Origin: a virus
Virus record (IMG/VR): IMGVR_UViG_3300037459_000226
Coordinates: 1 to 64,000 of that record
Reading direction: 5' to 3' (one strand)
Length of the DNA stretch: 64,000 bases
Position numbers and translations under genes: made by a program. This document shows positions 53,263 to 61,511 of the stretch, piece by piece (position 1 is the first letter of the stretch; the number at the start of each line of letters is the position of its first letter). The notes beneath the pieces are model-generated. The model worked only from the letters and a program-made list of their open reading frames with translations. It did no database searches and had not been told where the DNA came from.

Positions 53263-53703
53263 TTATTCCTCCGCGTTCAGTGCGAGGTAAGCACAGTGGC
53301 ATCCCGCGGGGGAGAATTCGCCGGACACATCGGCAACCGTTTTTGCCGGCATTCCACGAAGTATGCTGACGTGCCAAATATCGCCGCCGGCAAAGCTGTC
53401 GAGCGACATGTGGAAGCCCTTGCCAGTCATCGCCGCGAACACCTGCACCGTGGCGGCGGGGTTGGTGGTGTAGCGAGGAACGATGTGTTCATAGACGAAT
53501 TCCCCGTCGTCGCGCCACGCCGAGAACCCCATCGCGAAGTGACGGCAATGCGGTTGCTTTTTCCAGACTCGCTCCGCTTCGATGAGCATTTCCGCTTTGG
53601 ATGGAAGCTGCTCTCCAAAAACGTTCTCGTGAATCCAGGCATCACGCCGCCACGCCGCCACGCCGTCCCAATCGAACACCGGGCTGGTTGCTGTGTCAGG
53701 CAT
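53263..53703 (-). CDS. Second ABA-sandwich (BC1872-like) protein
   Basis: DAWIHE.VFG...VPRYTT..AA..V. Confidence 0.6.
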   Translation of the reverse strand: MPDTATSPVFDWDGVAAWRRDAWIHENVFGEQLPSKAEMLIEAERVWKKQPHCRHFAMGFSAWRDDGEFVYEHIVPRYTTNPAATVQVFAAMTGKGFHMSLDSFAGGDIWHVSILRGMPAKTVADVSGEFSPAGCHCAYLALNAEE

Positions 53704-54250
53704 CGTCGGCCTCCCGCCTGTGCTTCAGCAACGCTATTTTCTCGTCTCTCAAAACAGCCACCAACGACTCCAACTCCGTCGCCCGCTTCCGCAGCTTGGC
53801 GTTGTCGGATACTGCCAGTTCCAGAGCACCACAAATCTTGTCGATTGTCTTTACGTTCCTTTCCGCTTCCTGAGCCTGGGCATCCATTGCGATGGACTGC
53901 TTTCGCAAATTGCAGGCTATCAAGTCTCTTTTGGACTGGATCAACTTCTGCCGGAGCTTGGCGTTGTCGACTCGCAGGGCTTCGTGGCGGCGTATCCACA
54001 ACTGGCAGTCTTCGCCGTCCATGCGAATCGGGTATCGGTCGCAGAGATCGTAATACACCACAGCGTCGGCGCTCATGTCGACGGGTGTTGGTGGGGGAAT
54101 TTCGGGGGCGTCGTCCGTTTTGAAAAACGTTGTCGTCCACAGCCCCCGGCAATCGTCACAACGGAAGCACGGAACGCCCATGCCGTCGAATTGCAAGACC
54201 TTTCCGCATTTCGGACAGTCGGGTGCCTGCTCCGCAATTGTTGTAGCCAT
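53696..54250 (-). CDS. Zn ribbon plus coiled-coil protein
   Basis: CPKCG..CDDC; DNAKLR repeated twice. Confidence 0.65.
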   Translation of the reverse strand: MATTIAEQAPDCPKCGKVLQFDGMGVPCFRCDDCRGLWTTTFFKTDDAPEIPPPTPVDMSADAVVYYDLCDRYPIRMDGEDCQLWIRRHEALRVDNAKLRQKLIQSKRDLIACNLRKQSIAMDAQAQEAERNVKTIDKICGALELAVSDNAKLRKRATELESLVAVLRDEKIALLKHRREADDA

Positions 54251-54277
54251 TCTGACATCCCCCTCTCGTGGTGAGGG

Positions 54278-54306
54278 ATGTTAGTGATGTGGCCTACACT
54301 CGTCAA
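54278..54306 (-). promoter_or_regulatory. Sigma70-like promoter for the recombination/replication operon
   Basis: TTGACG-17 bp-TAACAT. Confidence 0.65.
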
Positions 54307-54578
54307 GCCCGCTTTCGGCCGTTTTTCAGAATTGTAGGAAGTTTCTTTCCGGTCAGATCGGAAATCGAAATCCCCAACTCGTCACAGATTCGACCGACAA
54401 CTTTGATCGTCGGGGTGATGTGACCCTTCACAATCCGGTTCAGCACACTGAGATCCACTGCGGAACTGGTGGCGAAAGAACGCTGGCTTGGAGTGTCGGC
54501 TCGCGCAAAATAGAGGCTGAGTCGAGTCCGGATTCTTTCGCAGGCTACTTCGGATTGGGGTTCGGTATCTGTTGGCAT
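54303..54578 (-). CDS. XRE/Cro-family HTH regulator
   Basis: SQRSFA....VDLSVLNRIVKG...PT...V.RIC..LGISISDL. Confidence 0.85.
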   Translation of the reverse strand: MPTDTEPQSEVACERIRTRLSLYFARADTPSQRSFATSSAVDLSVLNRIVKGHITPTIKVVGRICDELGISISDLTGKKLPTILKNGRKRA

Positions 54579-54592
54579 GATGACCAACGTCT

Positions 54593-57500
54593 TTAACGCC
54601 TCCGGGCTGCCGCGTCAAGGGGATTGCTGTCCTTGCGCAGCTTCGCGTTGTTCCGCAATTGCTTCACGACGGCCTCCAGGCCCTCGGCGATTTGCAGCTT
54701 GTCCGGGGTCATTGCGGCCTTTTCGTCGTCCGAGAAGTAGACCTTCTCGAAGACGTTGGCGCCGTACTCGCGCATCAACATCTGGGCGGTCTCGCGAATC
54801 ACCGCGTCCTGGGCGGCCGGACTGAGCGTCGTGAGCCGCACGCCCGTGAACAGGTTCATCACCTTTTCGATCGCGTTCTTACGAGTGTCTGTCGCGGTCC
54901 GCAGGCTGGTGGTGATCCGGGCGGTCGGGAGGTTGGAGACCAACTGCTCAAAGCCAGTGCTGATGAACGGCCTCGCTCGGCCGCGTTCCGCCTTCTCTCC
55001 GCTGATGATCTGTTTGGCGTTCGAGATGATCCTGCCGATCGTGGGGTCGAGATCCTCTAACCGACGGCCTCCCATCGGGCCACGCTGGAAGAACGTCTGG
55101 CCGGTTGCGAATTCCAGCGGACCCTTGATCAGCGGGTTTGCGCGGCTGAGCAGTTCAAGTCCAACCGTCTTCGGCGTGCCGGCAAAGGCGATCGGGTCTT
55201 CGTGCATGAATCCGAAGCCGCTCAGAAATCTCTGGTCGCCTTGCGGTGTGGTGCCGAGCGGAATCGCCGCCTGCTGCGAGATGTACTCTGGGAGGATCTG
55301 GTTGTCTTCGCCGCGGAGATGGCGTGTCGCGCGGAGCGTCTGGGCCATCAGGCCGCCGGGACGCTCGAACAGTAGCTTCAGCGTCGGAGGCAAAACGTTT
55401 TTTGAAAACTTCCAGAAGGGAAACAGCCGCTGAGCCTTCTCGCGTTCGAACTGCGTGTACTTTCGGGCCGAATAGTCGATCTGGACGGCCTTGACGCGAT
55501 CAGCCGCCTCACCCGGCCGAACTCCTCTCTTGAGCTGCTGAATGAACGGTGCCAGACGGTTCATTCCCTCGACGTAGACTCCGATTTCATCGCCGGCTGC
55601 GCCGAGTGTGAAACGGCTCTCGGGCCGTCCTCCGAAGCCGCGCATTTCAAGTGGATTGAATGTCGTTCCTGGCTCAAGTCCCGTGGCTTTCCGGAGAATC
55701 CGCATCCCGCCGATCGGATGGGCGCCGCCGAGACCGCCCGGCATCTTCTGAGCCATCTCTTGCAGGCCGGTAGCTCCCTGCTCGACGGCTTGGCCGGCCA
55801 CGCTGGCAACCTCACCCTGGCCGTGCACCAACTCGTGTTCGAAGGCCATGCGCCGGATCATGTCGGCCGCGTTGCCTGGAGTCAGCGCGCGCGACTCTTT
55901 CATCAGTCGCCAGCGGACTGCGGGGATTGCTTCGAGTCCTGCGAACGATCTGCCGCGCAAAATCGCGTGTGCCGCCCGGACGGAGTTCGCCGAAAACATC
56001 CCGTGCATCGCGTTGGCGACCTGGCCACTGAAGAGGTTGCGCGTGTGGAATGCCGGCGCGATACCGGTGACGTATCCCTTCCAAAGATTCGTCACGCTGT
56101 CGACGACCTGAAGGACTTCGTTCACGCCGTCCGGGGACTGGTAGAACTTCATCATCCGGCCGATGTCGTCGGCGATGTCCGCGTTCACGCTACGACTGAG
56201 GAAGTCGTCTGCCGACATACCGAGACGTTTAGCGGCATCCTGAACCCCCTGTGAGCCGTGGGCCATGTTGGCGTTTTGGAGAATGTTCCCGATCGTCTTG
56301 GTGTTTGCGTTGCGGCTCGTGTAGCCGAGAACGTCCGTGTCAGTCAGCATCTCCAGGATGGCCTTCCCGGAACGCGCCGCCCCGCCACTCATCTCCAGCT
56401 TGGCGAGAAGATCGACCAGTGGGTGATTACCGAACACGCCACTCTCGCGAACGTTCTCGCTCAGACCGTGTGCCCACTTGGAGAAATCCTCTTCGAGATG
56501 AGCCGGAAGCGAACCACGAAAGCGCGGCGACTGGATGACGGTTTGTACGTCCTGCCAACGCGCCGCCGCTGCGACTTGCGGATCCTGAAGGATCTGTTTG
56601 ATGCGAACCGTGCCGCCCTCGACGTTCTTGAGGAATGGTTGCCGACCCATCTCCGTCGGATCGAACGTCTGGAATCCCTTCTTCCCCTTCCCGCTCACAG
56701 CCCGCCGCAAACCGTACATCATCTCGGTCATAAATCGCGGGAAGTACCGGACCATGTCGTCGTCGAGAATTCCCGAGCGCAGGCCGGCGTAGTCGAGTTC
56801 CTGACGAACGCCCTCCAGCCGGCCCCACACATCGTTGACCATCTGACCCATCTCGGGCGGAGCGGCCTCCAGCCCCTCGAAGATGTTCCGAAGCTGGTCG
56901 GCGTCCTTGGACCCAACCCGTCCCTGTTCGACCAAATCGGCGATCGCCCGGCCCACCAGCGCTCTGTTCTGCACGCGAGTTCCGGCAATCTCACCGGTGA
57001 GTTTCGAGGCAGCGCGCTGAATCGGGAGCGTCGACATATCGCGGACCGACGACGCAAACAGTCTCGCTCCCTGGCGAACGGGCCAAGTTGCCCGCATCGT
57101 TTCGCCGGCCCAATCCATCCCGCGGGCGAGTAGCTGCGCACCACTGCCACGTGCAACCGCGACGTTACGGCCGAACGGAACGTGAAGTCCTGCCAGACCG
57201 CCGATCGGATCGTCCAGCATTGCGCGACGCCCGGCCTTTGTTGCCCCCTCCGGTCCAAGCTGCCTTGCCGCACGACTGAAATGTTTGAGTTCGCTTGGGG
57301 TCTGAATGACCTGCCGTGGCGTGAGCATCACGCGGCCCATCGCCTTGCCGTACCCCATGCCGCGGCCGGTCGCGGTAACGGCTCGCATCAGGCCCGCGTT
57401 CTTCATCGCAGTGCCGGCTAACTTCGTGACAGCAGACCCGCCGAGCGTCGCGTATGTTGCGGGATCGAAAAACACTTCCGCACCGAACCCAGCAACGTCA

Positions 57501-57823
57501 CCCCAGTCAAATCCGGGCCTGTTCCTCCCGAGGGCCCCAAAACGCTCCAACATCTCGCGGCCCCCGACTCTGTTTTCAGCAGAGAACGGGGTGAGGAACT
57601 GGTCGAATGGGTTTTCTCCGGACACGATGTCGCGAACAGATGACGCCCCGGTTGCCAGATCAAGGAAGTTGCCAACGCCCGCCAGTCCCGAGAGACCCTG
57701 GCGCATAATCAGATTGCCAACCGACTCTTGATCAGCGGTATCGCCCTGCCTCTGAGCACGAGTTGCTGGCTGCTGTCTCCCCGCGCGCGTAAGCAATCGC
57801 GCTGCTGCCGGAGAAAGCGCCAT
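54593..57823 (-). CDS. Large internal virion (DNA ejection)-type protein
   Basis: 1076 aa, G/A/R-rich; DPATY, PAFHTRN, FPFWKF, NPLIK..LE..TG..F patterns typical of podovirus ejection proteins. Confidence 0.7.
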   Translation of the reverse strand: MALSPAAARLLTRAGRQQPATRAQRQGDTADQESVGNLIMRQGLSGLAGVGNFLDLATGASSVRDIVSGENPFDQFLTPFSAENRVGGREMLERFGALGRNRPGFDWGDVAGFGAEVFFDPATYATLGGSAVTKLAGTAMKNAGLMRAVTATGRGMGYGKAMGRVMLTPRQVIQTPSELKHFSRAARQLGPEGATKAGRRAMLDDPIGGLAGLHVPFGRNVAVARGSGAQLLARGMDWAGETMRATWPVRQGARLFASSVRDMSTLPIQRAASKLTGEIAGTRVQNRALVGRAIADLVEQGRVGSKDADQLRNIFEGLEAAPPEMGQMVNDVWGRLEGVRQELDYAGLRSGILDDDMVRYFPRFMTEMMYGLRRAVSGKGKKGFQTFDPTEMGRQPFLKNVEGGTVRIKQILQDPQVAAAARWQDVQTVIQSPRFRGSLPAHLEEDFSKWAHGLSENVRESGVFGNHPLVDLLAKLEMSGGAARSGKAILEMLTDTDVLGYTSRNANTKTIGNILQNANMAHGSQGVQDAAKRLGMSADDFLSRSVNADIADDIGRMMKFYQSPDGVNEVLQVVDSVTNLWKGYVTGIAPAFHTRNLFSGQVANAMHGMFSANSVRAAHAILRGRSFAGLEAIPAVRWRLMKESRALTPGNAADMIRRMAFEHELVHGQGEVASVAGQAVEQGATGLQEMAQKMPGGLGGAHPIGGMRILRKATGLEPGTTFNPLEMRGFGGRPESRFTLGAAGDEIGVYVEGMNRLAPFIQQLKRGVRPGEAADRVKAVQIDYSARKYTQFEREKAQRLFPFWKFSKNVLPPTLKLLFERPGGLMAQTLRATRHLRGEDNQILPEYISQQAAIPLGTTPQGDQRFLSGFGFMHEDPIAFAGTPKTVGLELLSRANPLIKGPLEFATGQTFFQRGPMGGRRLEDLDPTIGRIISNAKQIISGEKAERGRARPFISTGFEQLVSNLPTARITTSLRTATDTRKNAIEKVMNLFTGVRLTTLSPAAQDAVIRETAQMLMREYGANVFEKVYFSDDEKAAMTPDKLQIAEGLEAVVKQLRNNAKLRKDSNPLDAAARRR

Positions 57824-59247
57824 CAGAATCCTCCGAACGGTATGTCATACGAAGGGATGTTGCGGGTCTGCTGTCGGCGTTGCTCTTGACGTGCCGGGAG
57901 CGAGCGTTCCATTGCGATGGCCCGAAGTTCATCAATGCTCTTGCCCTGAGCGATCCCCTGAAGCAACCGGATGGTTCCCGGTTCACCGAATGCGCCGAAC
58001 CGGCTTCGCTCGGTATTGAAGAACTCCGGATCGGATCCACCCCTCGCGGAAATCCACGGCTCCAGCAACTCCAGCGACTTCTCATCAATTTCCTGCCCAC
58101 TCACGAACATGTCTTGCAGTTTTTCCTCCAGAGCCAACTCATCAAACCATAGGCCGCCGCTTTCACCCGTGCGGTGTTCCACGCCAAGGAACCCAAGAAA
58201 CTGATCGACTGAGCCACCTTCCCGATACGAATTTAGAATCTCCCTTGATTCCGTCAGTGTCGGCGTTGAACCCCCGCGCTGGCTCACACCGCCGTCTGTC
58301 TGCGCGGTTTGTGATGTCGGAGGAGTGAAGGGTGCCGCCCCACCATCACCAGCGAAGTATCGGCGACGCGATTCCTGCCGGCGCGCCATCTCGTTCGCGC
58401 GTGACTGCTGGAACTGCGTGGCGTTCTCCGGAACTTCTCCTCTTCGCATAAGGCGGTTCGCGAGAGACCGTTGAACCTGTTCCTCATACCGACTCGCCAT
58501 CGGCCCTCCCGGTCCCGATTCAGGGCCAAGGAGCGAGCCAAGGCTACGTGCCTCTCGCTTGGCTTCCAGGTTCGCCGTCGCTTCCTCCAAGCGCTGCTCG
58601 TGCGTCATCCCCGTCCGGTCGACAGCACGTTGATCAGGCGTTCTGTTGCGCTCGGCAGCTTCAAATTCTTCCTCTGGCGTCAGACCTGGATACTGCCTTC
58701 CAAAAGTATCGCCCTGCATCCCCCAAGACGGAGCACGACCTCCTTGTCGCTGCCGCCGCCGAAGCTCTTGAGCCGACACGCTGCCACTGAGAACGCTGTC
58801 GACGTTCTCGCCTTGGGTTTGCTCAAAATCACTCTCGGCTCCGAATCCGGCGTACACGTCTGCGTTGCGGGCCGCGAGGCTCTCCCTGGCTGCCCTCTTC
58901 AGATTGAAGTAACTCTCCATGCCGGCGACTTCGGGAGGAGCGTGCTCAGGTTGGCCTTGAAACGGAGAGTCCTCGCCAGTCAGCCGCTGACGGAGGCGAG
59001 CGTTCAAGTTCAGGGCCGCTGCGGGTTCACCGCCTGAAGACTGGCCAAAGTAGCCCTGTGATTGAAATCCTGTGGAGTCGAGCGTGCTCGGTCCGTGCTC
59101 TGCGCCGGGAACGTAGGCGTCCGGCGCAGGAGCAACCGATGCGAGTGCCTGGCCCGCCAATGACTGCGCAAGGCCCCGCCTGCGAGTTCGACCGCCGCGC
59201 CCGCGAGCCATTCCGCCGCGTCGCTTGCGATTCCCGATGTGTGGCAT
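57823..59247 (-). CDS. Probable internal virion protein
   Basis: G/R/Q/E-rich; TGATG coupling to the 1076-aa gene. Confidence 0.55.
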   Translation of the reverse strand: MPHIGNRKRRGGMARGRGGRTRRRGLAQSLAGQALASVAPAPDAYVPGAEHGPSTLDSTGFQSQGYFGQSSGGEPAAALNLNARLRQRLTGEDSPFQGQPEHAPPEVAGMESYFNLKRAARESLAARNADVYAGFGAESDFEQTQGENVDSVLSGSVSAQELRRRQRQGGRAPSWGMQGDTFGRQYPGLTPEEEFEAAERNRTPDQRAVDRTGMTHEQRLEEATANLEAKREARSLGSLLGPESGPGGPMASRYEEQVQRSLANRLMRRGEVPENATQFQQSRANEMARRQESRRRYFAGDGGAAPFTPPTSQTAQTDGGVSQRGGSTPTLTESREILNSYREGGSVDQFLGFLGVEHRTGESGGLWFDELALEEKLQDMFVSGQEIDEKSLELLEPWISARGGSDPEFFNTERSRFGAFGEPGTIRLLQGIAQGKSIDELRAIAMERSLPARQEQRRQQTRNIPSYDIPFGGF

Positions 59248-59268
59248 GATCTGCCCCTGTTAAGTAAA

Positions 59269-59514
59269 TGAGTCGGGCCGGATTCAAACCGGCTTGGGGC
59301 ATCAGTAGTAGGCACAGCCCCACCGTCAAACCGTGCTGTTCCCAGTGGATTCGCTTACGCCACGGCTCCTGCTATCCGTACACGGCAGCCCTTGTCACTT
59401 GTCGGTTCCGCCGCTGCTGGTCCGTGCGAGTGGACTGTCGAGGTCCTGCCACTCTCCCAGCAGACTCCACTGCCGACCCTACACTTCCGGGCGTTTCCCA
59501 CACGCCGCCGACTC
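59269..59514 (-). ncRNA. tRNA-like RNA with an enlarged structured domain in place of the anticodon arm
   Basis: Acceptor GAGTCGG/CCGACTC-A; D arm GCGT-GTGGGAA-ACGC; T arm GCCGG-TTTGAAT-CCGGC; about 195-nt insert with nested helices. Confidence 0.7.
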
Positions 59515-59519
59515 GTATT

Positions 59520-59879
59520 TCATTTCACATCGATGCGGATTCGTTCAACGTACCAATCGGGACGTGGGCACGCCGCCATCGGGTGCTTGCCGACGGTGTA
59601 CCACGACTCGTCACCGTCAGCGTGCACCACCTTGCACCACCACTTTTGCACATCCGGATCGGGGTGATTGACCACACTAACAGATTCGCACTGCCCCGGT
59701 ATGACCGTCGGGCCCTCAACCATCGTACTCTGCCGCCCGTCAATCTCAGCCAGCAACTCTTTAATAGTGGGCCTGTCGTCCTCCGCAGCCTTCGCCTTGA
59801 ATCCGAACCACGCCAGCGGACCAGCCGCCAATGCTGCACAGAATGTGGATAGCCAGCTACGTCTTGTCAGGTTACGCAT
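59520..59879 (-). CDS. Tat-signal small protein
   Basis: LTRRSWL plus h-region and AKA cleavage motif. Confidence 0.65.
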   Translation of the reverse strand: MRNLTRRSWLSTFCAALAAGPLAWFGFKAKAAEDDRPTIKELLAEIDGRQSTMVEGPTVIPGQCESVSVVNHPDPDVQKWWCKVVHADGDESWYTVGKHPMAACPRPDWYVERIRIDVK

Positions 59880-59947
59880 GTTCTGTTTGCCTTTCTCCCC
59901 GAAGATTACGACGGTCATGGTACACGCGAGGGGGCAGTCGCGAAAGA

Positions 59948-60469
59948 TTAACCGGTGTCCGACATGTTGAACAGGTAAATAATCCTCGCGCGTTTCGCCC
60001 CAATGACTTCCGTCGAGACCGGCTTGAACCCAAGAGTCCAATCCCTAATGCGATTCCGAGTGATGCCGTGGTGCGATGGATTGTCAGGGCTGTTCCACAT
60101 CAAGGGGAAGCTGAGCAGTGCGAAGCGGCGGGTGATTCGCATGACCTCCGCGAAGGCCTCAGTCTGCCGACCCTCCAGATGCTCCCAGACCTGCAAGGCG
60201 ATGAACAGGTCGTAAGACGAGTCCTCGATCGGCCACGGGGTGGTCGTTGCGTCATGCTGGACCGTCGGGCCAATGCCAGCATTCAGATCCATCGTGTCCC
60301 CGCCGGACACCAGCGGCAGACGATGCGGTCCAAGTTCAAGCGAGGATCCGAAGTCGAGGCCTCTCAGCGTCGCGACCGCTGCCGAGTAATAATCCCACCG
60401 GCTGGCGTGATAATACGGGTCGTGTCGTGCAGCAGCGTCAAACTGCGGCTTTGTCACGTAGCTTGGCAT
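59948..60469 (-). CDS. Class I SAM methyltransferase-like protein
   Basis: SLELGP, HDATTTPWP..D.SYDLFIALQVWEHL, AFAEVMR. Confidence 0.8.
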   Translation of the reverse strand: MPSYVTKPQFDAAARHDPYYHASRWDYYSAAVATLRGLDFGSSLELGPHRLPLVSGGDTMDLNAGIGPTVQHDATTTPWPIEDSSYDLFIALQVWEHLEGRQTEAFAEVMRITRRFALLSFPLMWNSPDNPSHHGITRNRIRDWTLGFKPVSTEVIGAKRARIIYLFNMSDTG

Positions 60470-61511
60470 CGACAAATCCCGAATGGAAAACGTCAGTTGC
60501 AAGGGCATCCTCGCCAATGAACGTTCGACTGACACGACGGGAGTTGTCTCCGCTCTGACCGTGCCCCAGCGAGGACTGCGATTTCTCCGGCGCAATATGT
60601 TGCGCGAGGCTCGGCAGAACGAAGTAGCAACGCAGACCCCGTGATTTCATCCAATGGCCGACAAAGACGTCGATCGCCGCCTTTCGAATGTCAGGAAGCA
60701 CTTCGCCGAGAACCGTAGTCCCAGGCCACGTCTTGGACTCGCGGCTGTTCACGATCTCCTCAGCGATCTTGCGTGGAAACGCCAAGGCGCAGGCCCCGAC
60801 CATGAACTTGGCGCTCACACGGTTCATGCCGACGACTGACCGTCTCCCCTCGTATTGTGTCGGGGAGTAGAGCGAGATTGCTACGGCGCCATCTGGAAAC
60901 TGGCCGTTGAGTAGTGGTCGGATACCGCGAGAGAACACGACGTCGTCTTGAACGATCAGAATCGTGTGGGCATCCGGGTAGAGCGCGATTAGATCGTGAA
61001 TGCTCTGTCTCCAATTCTTCCACGCGCCGAGTACCCGTTTGTGCTGGATCGTTCGGTGATTGCCTTTAGGAACGATTGCACCCTTCTCGGCAAAGACGGT
61101 CACGTCCACGAACCCCGCCCGTTGCAAGGATGCCAGTGTCTCTGGCAGGAAGCTGACTGACCGGTAGGCGGTCGTGACACCTACCGCAACCAGTTGGCCA
61201 GACTTCTTCGGGAAAAGCTGATTCAAAGCATCCTGGCGCTTCTGGCACTTCCCGCAATTCTCGGACTTCTCCTCGACGGATCTCCGCAGGAATCCTGGAA
61301 GAAACTTCGCAGCCCACTTGATCCAGTTGTGGATGCGATCGCCGAGACCCCGCGACGGATTGACGTGGCCCTTCTTCTGACCCGGACCGCGGCCCTCTTC
61401 CCACATCTGGAAGTACCCTTCATCTGTCTGGCAGAGCAGATGTCGGTGCTCGCTTTTCCGGATGCCGTGGCGAGGGCAGTCGCCCGGCTCGCTGCATTCA
61501 CAATTCGTCAT
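60438..61511 (-). CDS. GT-A glycosyltransferase with Cys-rich N-terminal domain
   Basis: GVTTA.R, LG..KNW, ILIVQDD, GACAL, PSLAQH; N-terminal CECSEPGDC, GLGD, CQKRQDALN. Confidence 0.8.
   Translation of the reverse strand: MTNCECSEPGDCPRHGIRKSEHRHLLCQTDEGYFQMWEEGRGPGQKKGHVNPSRGLGDRIHNWIKWAAKFLPGFLRRSVEEKSENCGKCQKRQDALNQLFPKKSGQLVAVGVTTAYRSVSFLPETLASLQRAGFVDVTVFAEKGAIVPKGNHRTIQHKRVLGAWKNWRQSIHDLIALYPDAHTILIVQDDVVFSRGIRPLLNGQFPDGAVAISLYSPTQYEGRRSVVGMNRVSAKFMVGACALAFPRKIAEEIVNSRESKTWPGTTVLGEVLPDIRKAAIDVFVGHWMKSRGLRCYFVLPSLAQHIAPEKSQSSLGHGQSGDNSRRVSRTFIGEDALATDVFHSGFVDAKLRDKAAV

Noticed and set aside
59269-59514. tmRNA or standard tRNA
   Set aside because: No G3:U70 alanine identity, a paired D stem is present, no evident tag frame, and no 7-nt anticodon loop at the normal position
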